Positions 10,713 to 21,750 of a DNA stretch of 64,000 nucleotides are shown in pieces. Positions within the stretch are counted from its first letter, which is position 1. Each line of letters begins with the position of its first letter. Origin of the DNA: Candidatus Rariloculaceae bacterium (GTDB lineage: Bacteria; Pseudomonadota; Gammaproteobacteria; Steroidobacterales; Rariloculaceae); assembly GCA_965221035.1 (NCBI GenBank), contig OZ244860.1, positions 3,733,414 through 3,797,413 on the forward strand, written 5' to 3'. Made by a program: the position numbers and the translations under genes. Below the pieces are notes generated by a model. It searched no databases. It was not told the origin of the DNA and saw nothing but the letters and a program-made list of their open reading frames with translations.

Positions 10713-10745
10713 CCCGATGGTATAGCAAACCGGCCACGATGTGGT

Positions 10746-10820
10746 TGGTGGGCGATGCTGGGATTGAACCAGCGACCTCTCCCGTGTGAGGGGAGCGCTC
10801 TCCCGCTGAGCTAATCGCCC
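10746..10820 (-). tRNA. tRNA-Val(CAC)
   Basis: Reverse complement GGGCGATTAGCTCAGCGGGAGAGCGCTCCCCTCACACGGGAGAGGTCGCTGGTTCAATCCCAGCATCGCCCACCA; cloverleaf, encoded CCA. Confidence 0.97.
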
Positions 10821-10871
10821 GATCAGGGTTTCGTGACACAGCTATTCTCGAACAGTTGGCCAACGGTGGCA

Positions 10872-10930
10872 AGACTGTGGTCACAGACTGCGGTCATAAA
10901 GAGTGCGGCCACAAAGACTGCGGCGACAGA
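10872..10930. repeat. Four degenerate AGA(C/G)TG(C/T)GG units at 13-15 bp period
   Basis: Copies at 10872, 10885, 10900, 10915 between the tRNA and ugd. Confidence 0.55.
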
Positions 10931-11004
10931 TGCGTTGACGGATACACCAGGCAAGACAGTTATACTCGTCCAGTTTCCTCTGGCAGCCCCCTGGGCGGAA
11001 ATCC

Positions 11005-12348
11005 ATGCAAATCACCATCTACGGTTCCGGTTACGTGGGACTGGTCACCGCCGCGTGCCTTGCGGGGGCCGGCAATCAAACGCTTTGCGTCGATATCGAC
11101 AAGGACAAGGTGATGCGCCTTGGACGCGGCGAGTTGCCGATCCACGAGCCGGGTTTGCAGGGCCTGCTGGACCGTGGCCTGGAGTCGGGCCGCCTGCGGT
11201 TCACGACGAACGTTGCCAGCGGGGTGGATTTCGGCCTGTTCCAGTTTATAGCGGTGGGCACGCCGCCGCTTGATGACGGCTCGGCGGACCTGCGGCATGT
11301 CCTTTCGGTGGCCCGCTCGATCGGTCGGTACATGAACGATTATCGCATCATCGTGGACAAGTCCACGGTGCCGGTCGGTACGGCGGACCGGGTCCGTGCC
11401 GCGGTTGAACATGAGCGTCTGAAGCGGGGCGTGGACGTGAAATTCGACGTGGTCTCAAACCCGGAATTCCTGAAGGAGGGCAGCGCGGTCGCAGATTTCA
11501 AGAAACCCGACCGGATCATCATCGGGAGCGACGACGCACGCGCGGCGGAGGCGCTCAAGACGCTTTACGAGCCCTTCAACCGCAACCATGATCGAGTCAT
11601 CGTAATGGATCCCCGGTCCGCGGAGCTGACCAAGTACGCGGCCAATGCGATGCTGGCGACCAGAATCAGCTTCATGAACGAGATGGCGGGGCTCGCGGAA
11701 CGCCTCGGAGCCGACATCGAAAGCGTAAGGGTGGGCATCGGTTCGGATCCGCGTATCGGCTACGGATACATCTATCCGGGATGCGGCTACGGAGGGTCGT
11801 GTCTGCCCAAGGACGTTGGGGCGTTGTTGTCGTCGTCAGAGCAGGCGGGTTACAGGATGGAGCTGGTGGATGCGGTGCGACGTATCAACCAGCGCCAGCG
11901 GCGTCTCCTTTTCGACCGGATTTCGACCCATTTCGGCGGGGACCTGGAAGGCCGGGTGATCGCGCTGTGGGGCCTTTCGTTCAAGCCAAACACCGACGAT
12001 ATGCGGGAAGCCGCGAGCCGGGCGCTGATGGAGGCGCTGTGGGAAGCCGGGTGTACGGTAAACGCCTACGATCCCGTGGCAATGGACGCCGCCCGGCGGC
12101 TATACCCCGACCAGTCACGCCTGATCTTCTGTGCGAGCGCCGAGGATGCCGTCAAGGGAGCCGACGCCTTGGCCATTACCACGGAGTGGCGGGAATTCCG
12201 CAGTCCCGACATGAGTACGCTGAAGTCCTCGCTGCGCGAGCCGGTGATTTTCGACGGTCGAAATCTGTATGACCCGGAGCAGATGAAGAAAGACGGGTTT
12301 GTGTACTCCTGCGTCGGTCGTGGCACGTTCGTGCGACCGGAGGGGTGA
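11005..12348 (+). CDS. ugd: UDP-glucose 6-dehydrogenase
   Basis: [43 protein letters not shown]. Confidence 0.96.
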   Translation: MQITIYGSGYVGLVTAACLAGAGNQTLCVDIDKDKVMRLGRGELPIHEPGLQGLLDRGLESGRLRFTTNVASGVDFGLFQFIAVGTPPLDDGSADLRHVLSVARSIGRYMNDYRIIVDKSTVPVGTADRVRAAVEHERLKRGVDVKFDVVSNPEFLKEGSAVADFKKPDRIIIGSDDARAAEALKTLYEPFNRNHDRVIVMDPRSAELTKYAANAMLATRISFMNEMAGLAERLGADIESVRVGIGSDPRIGYGYIYPGCGYGGSCLPKDVGALLSSSEQAGYRMELVDAVRRINQRQRRLLFDRISTHFGGDLEGRVIALWGLSFKPNTDDMREAASRALMEALWEAGCTVNAYDPVAMDAARRLYPDQSRLIFCASAEDAVKGADALAITTEWREFRSPDMSTLKSSLREPVIFDGRNLYDPEQMKKDGFVYSCVGRGTFVRPEG

Positions 12349-12384
12349 ACGACGAAAAATCGGATCGGATGAGAACGGGCGGGC

Positions 12385-13794
12385 CTATTGCGACCGGGCC
12401 ATACGTGCCTCCACGAACCGAACCGCCTTGGCCAACCGCCGCAGGGACTTGTCGCGGCCGACAAGGGCCAGGGTTTGCCCGATTCCGGGTGAAGCCGCTT
12501 CCCCGGTGACGGCGACACGCAGCGGCTGGGCCACCTTTCCCATCTTCAGTCCCAGTTCGTCCGCGACCGACTCCACCGCGGCCTGGGTCGTTTCGACAGT
12601 CCATTCGTCCAGCGCGCCCAGCCGCTCTCCGAGACGTTCAAGAACCGGCTTCGCCACCCCTCGCAAGTGCTGCTTGGCGGCCTTGGGAGCATAGGTCTCC
12701 GGTTCGTCGTAGATGAACCGGCTTTTCTCGGCCATTTCGACCAGCGTTCGGGCCCGGCTGCGCTGGACTTCCACGATCTCCTCCATGGGCGGCCCCGATC
12801 CGACGTCCGCGCCCTCCAGGAACGCCGCCAGCAGCGGAGCGAGACGCGCGCCGGAGGCGCGTCCGAGCCACTGCTCGTTGACCCAGAGGAACTTGTCCGG
12901 GTCGAAGCTTGCCGCGGACTCGTTGACCCGGTCCAGGCTGAACAACTGAATCATCTCGTCGAGATCGAACAGCTCCTGGTCGCCGTGGGACCAGCCGAGG
13001 CGCACGATGTAGTTGAGGACCGCCTCCGGAAGGTAGCCGGCCGCCCGGTAATCCATCACGCTGACGGCTCCGTGGCGCTTGGACAGCCGGCTGCCGTCGG
13101 ACCCCAGGATCATGGGCACGTGCGCATACTCCGGCGGACTCAGCTTCAACGCGGCCAGGATGTTGATTTGCCGGGGAGTATTGTTGAGATGGTCGTCGCC
13201 TCTGACTACGTGGGAGATGCCCATATCCGCATCGTCCACTACAACGGAGAAATTGTAGGTGGGGAACCCATCGGATCGAACGATGACCAGATCGTCGAGT
13301 TCGGAGTTGTCGAAGACCACTTCCCCGCGGACCAGGTCGCGGACCCGCACCCTTCCCGCAACCGGGGTCTTGAATCGCACCACGGGGCTTACGCCGGGAA
13401 CCGCGGTTGTTCGTGACCTGCAGCGGCCGTCATAGCGCGGCTTGAGGCCGCGGGATCGCTGCTCGTCCCGCATCGCCGCGAGGTCATCGGGGCTGCAGTA
13501 GCAATGATAGGCGAGTCGGGCGTCCAGCAGTTGGTTGGCGATGTTCCTGTAGCGTTCGAGCCGGTCGGTCTGCAGGAAGGGACCCTCGTCCGCCTCCAGT
13601 CCAAGCCACGACATGGCTTCGATGATCTGTTCGATGGACTTGCGTGTGGAGCGTTCCGTGTCGGTGTCTTCGATCCGCAGCACGAAGGCACCGCCGTGCC
13701 GCCTGGCGAGTAGCCAGTTGAACAGCGCGGTCCTGGCTCCACCGATGTGAAGCACTCCGGTGGGGCTGGGAGCGAAGCGTGTGCGCAAGGTCAT
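12385..13794 (-). CDS. gltX: Glutamate--tRNA ligase
   Basis: TRFAPSPTG, HIGG, RIEDTD, RGDDH, LSKRHGA. Confidence 0.97.
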   Translation of the reverse strand: MTLRTRFAPSPTGVLHIGGARTALFNWLLARRHGGAFVLRIEDTDTERSTRKSIEQIIEAMSWLGLEADEGPFLQTDRLERYRNIANQLLDARLAYHCYCSPDDLAAMRDEQRSRGLKPRYDGRCRSRTTAVPGVSPVVRFKTPVAGRVRVRDLVRGEVVFDNSELDDLVIVRSDGFPTYNFSVVVDDADMGISHVVRGDDHLNNTPRQINILAALKLSPPEYAHVPMILGSDGSRLSKRHGAVSVMDYRAAGYLPEAVLNYIVRLGWSHGDQELFDLDEMIQLFSLDRVNESAASFDPDKFLWVNEQWLGRASGARLAPLLAAFLEGADVGSGPPMEEIVEVQRSRARTLVEMAEKSRFIYDEPETYAPKAAKQHLRGVAKPVLERLGERLGALDEWTVETTQAAVESVADELGLKMGKVAQPLRVAVTGEAASPGIGQTLALVGRDKSLRRLAKAVRFVEARMARSQ

Positions 13795-13913
13795 TCCGGG
13801 TGTTGGCGTCCGGTCCCTGAAGATCATGGTGACCGGATTTCGGAATATCATACATTCGGAGTGAGCCGGTTTGGAATCGATCGTGCGCAAGCGCGAACGG
13901 AAGGAGGTTTGTC

Positions 13914-15029
13914 ATGAGGTCAATTCATTCGATCTGTCTGGCCGTTGTCGGTGCCGCGCTTGCGGCCGCGGTGGGCCTTGAGGCCGCCGCGCAGTCGTCG
14001 GAAACAATGAGACAGTGGCAATTCGCGGCGGGCGGGGACGGCTACGAGCTCGTGTTGCGCGAGGTGCCGCGTCCTGTCGCGGGCGCCGGGGAAGTTCTTG
14101 TAAGGGTCCACGCGACGTCGCTCAATCGTCGTGACTGGTTCATTCTCAACTCGACGATTGGCGAAAGCGGACCGGTCTATGCGGGCAACGTTCCACTCTC
14201 CGACGGCGCAGGGGAGGTGATCGCGGTCGGAACGGGCGTGACGGAGTTCCAGGTTGGCGACCGCGTGGCCGGCACGTTCTTCACCGACTGGGTGGGTGGC
14301 AAACGCACCGCCGCCGTCCGCCCATCGGCCCGTGGCGCCGGTCCCGGCACCGGCGGCATGTTGTCCGAGATCATCGTCACGACTCCAAAAGCGCTCGTCC
14401 CGATTCCGGAATATCTCAGCTATGAGGAAGCAGCGACGCTGCCCTGCGCAGGGGTCACGGCCTGGAACGGGCTTTTCACGCAGGGCGATCTCCAGCCCGA
14501 CGACTTCGTGCTGCTCGAGGGCACGGGCGGGGTGTCAAGCTTCGGCCTGATCTTCGCCGTCGCCGCCGGGGCAAGGCCGATCATCACCAGTTCAAGCAAC
14601 GACAAACTTGCGCGGGCCCGTGAACTCGGCGCGTTCGGCACCGTGAACTACCGCGAAAACCCCGACTGGCAGGTGGAGGTCCGAGCCCTGACGGAGGACG
14701 CCGGTGTCGATCACGTGCTCGAAATCGGCGGCCGCGACACGCTGAGCAGGGCATTGGAGGCACTGGGTTTCGAAGGCCATGTCGCCTTGATCGGCGGACT
14801 CACCGGTTCGTCGCCGCCGATTCCTGTCGAGGCGCTCATGGGCTGGGGAGCCACCGTGTCCGGCATCTACGTCGGATCAAGGGCCGATTTCGAGGCGATG
14901 AACGCATTCATGGAAGAGCACCGGATTCGCCCGGTCATCGACCGCGTGTTCAGCTTCGAGCAGGCGCGGGAAGCCTATGACTTCATGGGCAACGGCAGCT
15001 TCATGGGCAAGATCGTCATCCGGCTCTGA
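13914..15029 (+). CDS. MDR-family NAD(P)-dependent oxidoreductase with signal-peptide-like N-terminus
   Basis: SLNRRD, PLSDGAGEV, AATLPCAGVTAW, GTGGVS, GKIVI; strong RBS AAGGAGG before ATG 13914. Confidence 0.88.
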   Translation: MRSIHSICLAVVGAALAAAVGLEAAAQSSETMRQWQFAAGGDGYELVLREVPRPVAGAGEVLVRVHATSLNRRDWFILNSTIGESGPVYAGNVPLSDGAGEVIAVGTGVTEFQVGDRVAGTFFTDWVGGKRTAAVRPSARGAGPGTGGMLSEIIVTTPKALVPIPEYLSYEEAATLPCAGVTAWNGLFTQGDLQPDDFVLLEGTGGVSSFGLIFAVAAGARPIITSSSNDKLARARELGAFGTVNYRENPDWQVEVRALTEDAGVDHVLEIGGRDTLSRALEALGFEGHVALIGGLTGSSPPIPVEALMGWGATVSGIYVGSRADFEAMNAFMEEHRIRPVIDRVFSFEQAREAYDFMGNGSFMGKIVIRL

Positions 15030-15247
15030 GCTAGCACGGCACCCGGGGGAACTGTGCGGGTGTGACCCGGGCGGCCCCTGCGGCTCATCGCCACTAATGC
15101 AAATTTTTGTATAAACGGCGGAATGTCGGGGTCCCCAAACGCCAAGTTATAGACTCGAATTCGTCTGGTCGGCAGTCGGGCCAGTTCCTAACCCTGTTCG
15201 CCACCTTGTCAGGTGCTGATGACACGACCCTGCGGGAGCAAGACGAA

Positions 15248-18052
15248 ATGAAAACTCTGGATACGACCAACCCAATTCCGGTCGCCACGATAGCCGGATT
15301 CACGTTGATCGCCCTGTTGGCGATGGCTGGCAACGCGGTGGCGCAGGAAGATGAAATCACCGAGGCGAACCAGATCGAGGAGGTCGTGGTGACCGCCACG
15401 GCTACCGGCACGGCGATTCGGGGTGTTGCCCCCGTTGGCGCGGCGACATTGAGCATGAGCCAGGAAGACCTGCTCAACACGACCTCTGTTGACACGACTT
15501 CTTTCATACGCGATCTGCCGCAAGGGTCCGGGCTCATGCAGCAGGAAGAGCAGCCGACCGGGCAGGGAGGCGGCAACGTCGGTTACGCGCAGGGAGTGAA
15601 TCTTCGCGGCCTCGGTGACAATGCGACGCTTATCCTGTTCGACGGCCATCGCCTGGTCGGGCAGGGCATCACCGCGCAATTCGCGGACCCGAACCAGCTT
15701 CCCATTTCGGCCATCGAGCGCGTCGAAGTAGTGATGGATGCGGCATCGGCCGTGTACGGTTCGGACGCCATTGCGGGCGTCGTGAATTTTGTCCTCAGAG
15801 ACGATTTCGAGGGTGTCGAGATCAACGCGCGCACCACCAACAGCCTGTATCAGGCCAATGCCGTGGACGTGCTCGGCGGGTTCGGCTGGGATTCGGGCAA
15901 CGCGTGGCTCGGCGTCTTGTACGAAGACCGCGGCACCTTCAAGCGCAGCGAGCGGGAATATCTCAGGGAGGACTTGCGCGCATACGGAGGCAACGATAGT
16001 CGCTACGGCGCCACCCGGGGGGTTCCCTATGTGCGCCCCGGAGCGTTGCCCAACATCTATGCCAATGGGACGTTTTACGGTGTGCCGGCGACCGACGGGC
16101 AGATTCCGACAGCAGCGGAAGTGTTGGCGCTCGAGGGCCAGCACACCGTCTCCGATCTGGGAGACGAGCGGGACTACTGGCCGGCGCGTGAGCGCCTCGC
16201 GGTTTCGTTCCGCGCCCGCCAGAACTTCGCCGGCGACCGGGGCCAACTGACGTTGACCGGCGTGTACAGCGAGCGCGACAGCGAAATAGTGGAGTTCTCG
16301 AACTACGCGGCGGCGACCGTGAGATCCTCAAGCCCGTACTGGATCGACGGGCTGACCAACGCATCCAGCTACCAGATGACGTACAGCTATTTTCTGAACA
16401 ACGACGGGGCGGGCGCGGTGGATGTGGCCACGCGGCCGTCCGAACGGGCGTTGAACACGTACCTCGACCTCGTCTACGACATCAACGACAACTGGCAGCT
16501 GTCCCTGAACTACACGTTGGGCGACAACGAGACTTGCGGGCGTTGCGGCAAGCGCCAGAGCATCAGCCTGCCGGGCGTCGGCTTCACCACGTACGCGGAT
16601 CTTTTCAACCCGTTTGTCCAAGGGCCCCAGGCGGAGTGGTTCGACCTGGTGCACTATGGCACGGTCGACCAGCAAGCGTGGTTTGAAATGAACCGCGGGT
16701 CGGCCAAGTTCGAAGGCGGAATCTTCGAACTGCCGGGCGGCCAGGCCCGACTCGCGTTTGGTGCGGAATACGAGGGCACGGAGCACAGGTTCCTCAACCA
16801 CGGGACCAATGGACGAAGCACCGCCAATCCGCCGGCGTATCAGGTTCTTCGCGACACGAGTTCCGACCGGGACGTGACGGCGGCCTTCGTGGAGGCATAC
16901 CTGCCCGTGGCCGACACCGTCACCCTTAATCTGGCGGTGCGAAACGATGACTACAGCGACTTCGGCTCGACGACCAATCCGCGTCTTGGCGTCAGCTTCG
17001 AGCCGACCGAAAGCCTCACGCTGCGCGCCACCGTGGCGGAAGCCTTCCGGGCGCCCACCCTGGTCGAGCGCGACCCCGGCGTGTTGCAGCAGTTCAGGCG
17101 TGCGAATTACAGCAACGACGGGTCTCACGACGTTCCCGTGAGCAATGCCGGGCGGGGCACTACCTACGTGATCTACAAGATCGGCAACACCTTGGGCCTG
17201 CAGCCGGAAACGGCCGACATGTGGACGGCCGGCTTCGACTTCACTCCAGAAGCGGTAGAAGGGTTGCGGGTGTCGGCGACCTACTACAGCGTCGACTACA
17301 GCAATCGCATCGAAAGGTTGCCGAACGAGACTTCGGCATTGGCGAATGCACAAAACCGCGCGCTCTACGATCCCTTCATCCAGATTGCGCCTCAGCCCGA
17401 CACATGCGTGGCCGGCGACTTCTCCACCTACAATCAGCTGTATCAGGACTTTGTCGATGTCCCCGCCGACCTGCGCGGTTCCGCGGCCGGCGACTGCGGG
17501 CTGGAAGCCATCATCCTGAGCGGCGTGCGCAACACCAGCGCGGTGGTGCAGAGCGGTCTGGATCTTCAGGTGAACTACGACTGGTCCACCCCGATTGGCG
17601 AGTGGGGAGTGCGATTCAACGGCGCGAAGGTGCTCGGCCTGGAACGCGCCCTGGTGCCGGGCGCCGAAATGGTCGAGCAACTGGACAGGATCGGATTTCA
17701 GAACAGCACCCGCATGAACGGGGGCATCATCCTCAGATCCGGCAACTGGTACGCCAGTGTCGATGCCACCGTGGTCGGCAGCTACGTCAACGACCTGCCC
17801 ATCACCGTCGACGGTGTCACCTTGGAACCGAGTCGCGTGCCATCCTGGACCACGCTCGGCGCCAATCTCGCGTACGAGTTTCCGTTTGGCGAAGGCGGCA
17901 ACCTTGCGGATGGGTTGCGGGTGGGTTTGTCCGTGGACAACCTGACCGACCGCGATCCGCCGATCGTCCTGAACGATGATCGCGCGGTGGACTACAACAA
18001 CCACAATATTTTCGGCCGCATCTGGTCGTTGTCGCTGCAGAAACAATTCTGA
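15248..18052 (+). CDS. TonB-dependent receptor
   Basis: Signal peptide, IEEVVVTA, NLRGLG..TLILFDG, IERVEV..SAVYGSDAIAGVVNF, terminal F. Confidence 0.95.
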   Translation: MKTLDTTNPIPVATIAGFTLIALLAMAGNAVAQEDEITEANQIEEVVVTATATGTAIRGVAPVGAATLSMSQEDLLNTTSVDTTSFIRDLPQGSGLMQQEEQPTGQGGGNVGYAQGVNLRGLGDNATLILFDGHRLVGQGITAQFADPNQLPISAIERVEVVMDAASAVYGSDAIAGVVNFVLRDDFEGVEINARTTNSLYQANAVDVLGGFGWDSGNAWLGVLYEDRGTFKRSEREYLREDLRAYGGNDSRYGATRGVPYVRPGALPNIYANGTFYGVPATDGQIPTAAEVLALEGQHTVSDLGDERDYWPARERLAVSFRARQNFAGDRGQLTLTGVYSERDSEIVEFSNYAAATVRSSSPYWIDGLTNASSYQMTYSYFLNNDGAGAVDVATRPSERALNTYLDLVYDINDNWQLSLNYTLGDNETCGRCGKRQSISLPGVGFTTYADLFNPFVQGPQAEWFDLVHYGTVDQQAWFEMNRGSAKFEGGIFELPGGQARLAFGAEYEGTEHRFLNHGTNGRSTANPPAYQVLRDTSSDRDVTAAFVEAYLPVADTVTLNLAVRNDDYSDFGSTTNPRLGVSFEPTESLTLRATVAEAFRAPTLVERDPGVLQQFRRANYSNDGSHDVPVSNAGRGTTYVIYKIGNTLGLQPETADMWTAGFDFTPEAVEGLRVSATYYSVDYSNRIERLPNETSALANAQNRALYDPFIQIAPQPDTCVAGDFSTYNQLYQDFVDVPADLRGSAAGDCGLEAIILSGVRNTSAVVQSGLDLQVNYDWSTPIGEWGVRFNGAKVLGLERALVPGAEMVEQLDRIGFQNSTRMNGGIILRSGNWYASVDATVVGSYVNDLPITVDGVTLEPSRVPSWTTLGANLAYEFPFGEGGNLADGLRVGLSVDNLTDRDPPIVLNDDRAVDYNNHNIFGRIWSLSLQKQF

Positions 18053-18247
18053 TTCGAGCGGCCTGCTGGCAAGCGTGAGCGGTTCCTTTTGAACGGTCGC
18101 TTGCCAGCAGCTTCCACCCGACCGAAAATATCTTCCGGAATCGGTTCAAGGCATGTCTTTCGGCCTGCGGGAAACCTCGTGTTTCCTGCGGGCTCTTTTC
18201 GGATCACGCCTTGTGGCTCGAATTGTCGCAGCAGGGAGGAAGTCGGA

Positions 18248-18810
18248 TGCGCGGGCCAGTTCGCAAGTGGCGAAGTTGTACGTGGCATTCGTTCGCCGGC
18301 ATTGCGCCGCTGATCGTGGCGGGCGCATTGGCGGCACAGGACATGCCCGAACCGCCGGAGCTTGAGTTCGCCTTCGAAATCCAGGTGCAGGTCGCCGACC
18401 CTGTTGTCGTGGCGGATCTGCCAAGCGGGCAGAGGCGGCGAATCATCGACATCCTGGGCGGTACAGTCGAGGGGCCGGAAATTCGCGGAGAGGTATTGCC
18501 CGGCGGTGCGGACTGGCAGCTTATCCGCCAATCCGACGGGTTCACGGACATCGACGCCCGCTACACGATCCGGACCGACGACGGCCACCTGATTTACGTT
18601 TCGAATATCGGGATTCGCCACGCTCCGCCCCAGGTCATGAGCCGGTTGAATGCGGGTGAAGAGGTGGATCAGTCACTGATCTATTTCCGGGCCATACCGA
18701 CCTTCGAAACCGAGGCGCCGGGGCTGGATTGGCTGATGAGGCACGTTTTCGTGTCGGCCGGGGAACGCTACCCGAACGGCGTGGTGATACGATTCTGGAA
18801 GGTGCTGTAG
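18248..18810 (+). CDS. DUF3237 family protein
   Basis: RRIIDILGGTVEGP, PGGADWQ, DARYTIRTDDG, YFRAIPTFET. Confidence 0.85.
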
Positions 18811-18895
18811 CGCTGGAACCGCTTGAACAGCGGCAAGCGTTGAGTTCCGGTCGCAGCCGGCGCCAACATTCAAAACAACGGACAAGTGAGGGAAC

Positions 18896-20200
18896 ATGGC
18901 GCATAACACTCCGACCGCGATGATGGCGCACCGGCCCATGGGGCTGGCACAGTGGGTCGCCGTGGTGATCACCTTCGGGCTGAACGCCCTTGACGGGTTC
19001 GATGTACTGGCCATCAGCTTCGCCGGTCCCGGCATCGCTGCCGACTGGGGCGTGAACCAGGCGACGCTCGGCTGGGTGCTGTCGATGGAACTGATCGGTA
19101 TGGCGGTGGGTTCCCTGGTCCTCGGCATGGTCGGCGACAAGGCGGGTCGGCGAACGACGATCCTGTTCTGCCTGGTCCTGATGGCGGCGGGCATGTTCGG
19201 AGCCGGACAGTCGGGTGGGGTTTCGGAACTGCTTGCCTGGCGGTTGCTGACCGGCCTGGGCATCGGCGGCATGCTGGCTGTCACCGCGGCCGCCGTGGCG
19301 GAGTTTTCCAACCTGCGCTGGCGCGGGCTCGCCGTGGCCCTGATGGTCATCGGATACCCGATCGGCGGAATCCTCGGCGGGATCGGCGCACGTTACATCC
19401 TGACCCACAGCACGTGGCACGACATCTTCACGTACGGAGGCTGGGTGACGGCGGCGTTCATTCCCATCGTGTTCCTGCTGATGCCGGAATCGCCCGTGTT
19501 TCTGGACCGCATGCGCCGGCCCGAAGCGCTGGAGAAGATCAACCGTGCGTTTGCGCGGTTCGGCCACCCGCCGGCTTCCGAGTTGACACCTCTCGCCCCG
19601 GCGGCGCCGAAAGCGTCGCTGGCGGACATCTTCAAGCCGGGACTGGTGATGACGACCGCGTTGGTGACCGGCGCCTATTTTTCGCTGATCACCACGTTCT
19701 ACTTCCTCGTGAAATGGGTGCCCAACATCATCGTCGACATGGGGTATGAACCGGCCGCCGCGGCCGGTGTCCTGGCCTGGCTCAATGTCGGCGGCGCGAC
19801 CGGCGGAGCGATCTTCGGTTTACTGGCCACGCGGATTCAATTGCGGCCCCTGACCATCGGCGTCATGATCGGCGCGACCGCGATGATCATCTGGTTCGGC
19901 AGCGGTGCCGATGACCTGACAGGGTTGACGGTCATCGTCGCCTGCGCCGGATTCTTCACCAACTCGGCGATCTGCGGCATGTATGCGCTGTTTGCGAAGG
20001 TGTTCCCCACCCATGTGCGATCAACGGGAACCGGCTTCGCGATCGGGGTCGGTCGCGGCGGATCGGTGCTGGCGCCGGTGGTGGCGGGCTACCTGTTCCA
20101 GGCGGGGTTCGGGTTGCAGTTTGTCGCGGTGGTGATGGGTTGCGGGGGGTTGCTCGCGGCGAGCTTGCTGTTTTTCCTCAAGGAACGCGCGGCGGATTAG
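18896..20200 (+). CDS. MFS aromatic acid:H+ symporter (AAHS-like)
   Basis: LDGFD, DKAGRR, GLGIGG, PESP, RSTGTGFAIGVGRGG. Confidence 0.9.
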   Translation: MAHNTPTAMMAHRPMGLAQWVAVVITFGLNALDGFDVLAISFAGPGIAADWGVNQATLGWVLSMELIGMAVGSLVLGMVGDKAGRRTTILFCLVLMAAGMFGAGQSGGVSELLAWRLLTGLGIGGMLAVTAAAVAEFSNLRWRGLAVALMVIGYPIGGILGGIGARYILTHSTWHDIFTYGGWVTAAFIPIVFLLMPESPVFLDRMRRPEALEKINRAFARFGHPPASELTPLAPAAPKASLADIFKPGLVMTTALVTGAYFSLITTFYFLVKWVPNIIVDMGYEPAAAAGVLAWLNVGGATGGAIFGLLATRIQLRPLTIGVMIGATAMIIWFGSGADDLTGLTVIVACAGFFTNSAICGMYALFAKVFPTHVRSTGTGFAIGVGRGGSVLAPVVAGYLFQAGFGLQFVAVVMGCGGLLAASLLFFLKERAAD

Positions 20201-20205
20201 CCTGA

Positions 20206-20242
20206 ATTTGCGCATTCGATACGAAGTATTCGCCGAAACGAT
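20206..20242 (+). promoter_or_regulatory. nod-box-like LysR site (class I, N7)
   Basis: ATT-TGCGCATTC-GAT-ACGAAGT-ATT-CGCCGAAAC-GAT. Confidence 0.6.
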
Positions 20243-20369
20243 TGGCCGCCGATTTCTGGTCGCCTTAATCTTGATCGGATTCGCTGGAGCACGCGAATCG
20301 GAACCGAGTTTGCGGACCAGTCGATTCAGGACAAAGCGATCAAAATGAAGCGAATCCTTGGGGGCCGAC

Positions 20370-21665
20370 ATGTTTAACGACAGGAATTTCACCAGGCAAG
20401 CCATTGTTCTGATGCTCTTGGGGTTCCTGTTGATGTTCTTCTACGTCGGCTTGCAGACTGACCACCTGAACGTGCTCACGCCCTATCTCCAGGCGACATA
20501 TGGGTGGAGCGATCTGGCCATCACCAATCCTGTGACGGCCGCCGCGCAGGTTGGCATCGCGCTGTATCTGGTGGTTGGTGCGGCCTATGTGAAATACGGC
20601 GTAAGGAAAATATTGGTTCCCTCGATACTGGTGTTGGCGCTCGGGTGCGTCGGCATAGCCATAGCCGCGGAGAACTACGCGATTTATGCCGTTAGCGTGT
20701 TTGTGGTCCGCGCCATGGTCATACCGTTGCTGTTGGGCGCCTTCCTGCTCTGCGCCAACTGGTTCATCAAGTACAGGGGGCGCGCGTTGGGGGTGGTCAC
20801 CGCCGGCGCTCCGTTTTTCTCCATCATAGGCATCGCGACCATGACCTGGTTGACCAACGATGTGGGTCTCGGCATGAACGTCTACCTCGTGATTGCCGCC
20901 ATTCTGGTCGGTATGAGCATCGTAACCGCTCGGTTGGTCAGGGACACGCCGGAAGACTGCGGACTCTACCCGGACGGTGCGGATCACCGCCCCGTTTCCG
21001 AACAGGGGGAAACAGGGAAACCGATTCCCGTCATGCAGCTTCTCAGTGAGGTCAGGGCATGGCAATTGATCATCTCCTACGGAATCATGCAATTCGTCAT
21101 TGTCGCGATGATGGCCTATATGGCTGTGCGCTACATCAGCCTCAGCACGCCGGAAGATGTCCCGAACCTGTTCGTGAGCCAGGCGCTGATCTGGTTGTCT
21201 GTGGGAGCCGCTTGCGGGATCCCCATGAGTTACGTGATCGGCTGGATCGACGACAAGCTGGGGTCAATCAAGGCATCGCTCGTGTTGAATGTCTTGTTTT
21301 TCTTCGCGGTGGTGCCGCTTGCGCTCATGCCCGAGGGTGGAAACAGGATGCTGATGGTGATCTGGGCATTTGGAGTCGCCTGCATGACCGGCGGCGTCCC
21401 GACCATGCACCCCTGCATAACCTCCTATGTCTATGGGCGCAAGCACTATATGGAAGCCAACAAGTGGCTCATGACCATCCAGGCGATACCGATGGCATTT
21501 GCGATCGCATTCATGGCGGCCTTCAATGACGCCGGCATACTGACCAACGCCTACTACGTTCTCATGGGACTGCTGGTCGTTTCGTTCGTGACGATACTGA
21601 CAATGCGCAATCTCCCCGACGCGAACGCCGAGGACAGGGACTACGCGCGCGCCGCATCAACCTGA
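20370..21665 (+). CDS. MFS transporter
   Basis: About 12 hydrophobic segments; NWFIKYRGRALG, GWIDDKLG. Confidence 0.85.
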   Translation: MFNDRNFTRQAIVLMLLGFLLMFFYVGLQTDHLNVLTPYLQATYGWSDLAITNPVTAAAQVGIALYLVVGAAYVKYGVRKILVPSILVLALGCVGIAIAAENYAIYAVSVFVVRAMVIPLLLGAFLLCANWFIKYRGRALGVVTAGAPFFSIIGIATMTWLTNDVGLGMNVYLVIAAILVGMSIVTARLVRDTPEDCGLYPDGADHRPVSEQGETGKPIPVMQLLSEVRAWQLIISYGIMQFVIVAMMAYMAVRYISLSTPEDVPNLFVSQALIWLSVGAACGIPMSYVIGWIDDKLGSIKASLVLNVLFFFAVVPLALMPEGGNRMLMVIWAFGVACMTGGVPTMHPCITSYVYGRKHYMEANKWLMTIQAIPMAFAIAFMAAFNDAGILTNAYYVLMGLLVVSFVTILTMRNLPDANAEDRDYARAAST

Positions 21666-21750
21666 TGCGACATGATTGGGATAATGTGGCCCCAGGTAGC
21701 GGTTCCGGCTACCCGGGCGCCAGGTCAATTTAGCAACGAGGAACCGCACA

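Noticed and set aside
10746-10820. tRNA-Val as an island attachment site
   Set aside because: Flanked by housekeeping genes; no integrase and no duplicated tRNA 3' end seen in the window
10593-10930. Short repeats as a CRISPR array
   Set aside because: Repeats are 7-9 bp, degenerate, with very short spacers and no cas genes
10935-10966. TTGACG...TATACT sigma70 promoter for ugd
   Set aside because: The spacer is 20 nt, too long to call with confidence
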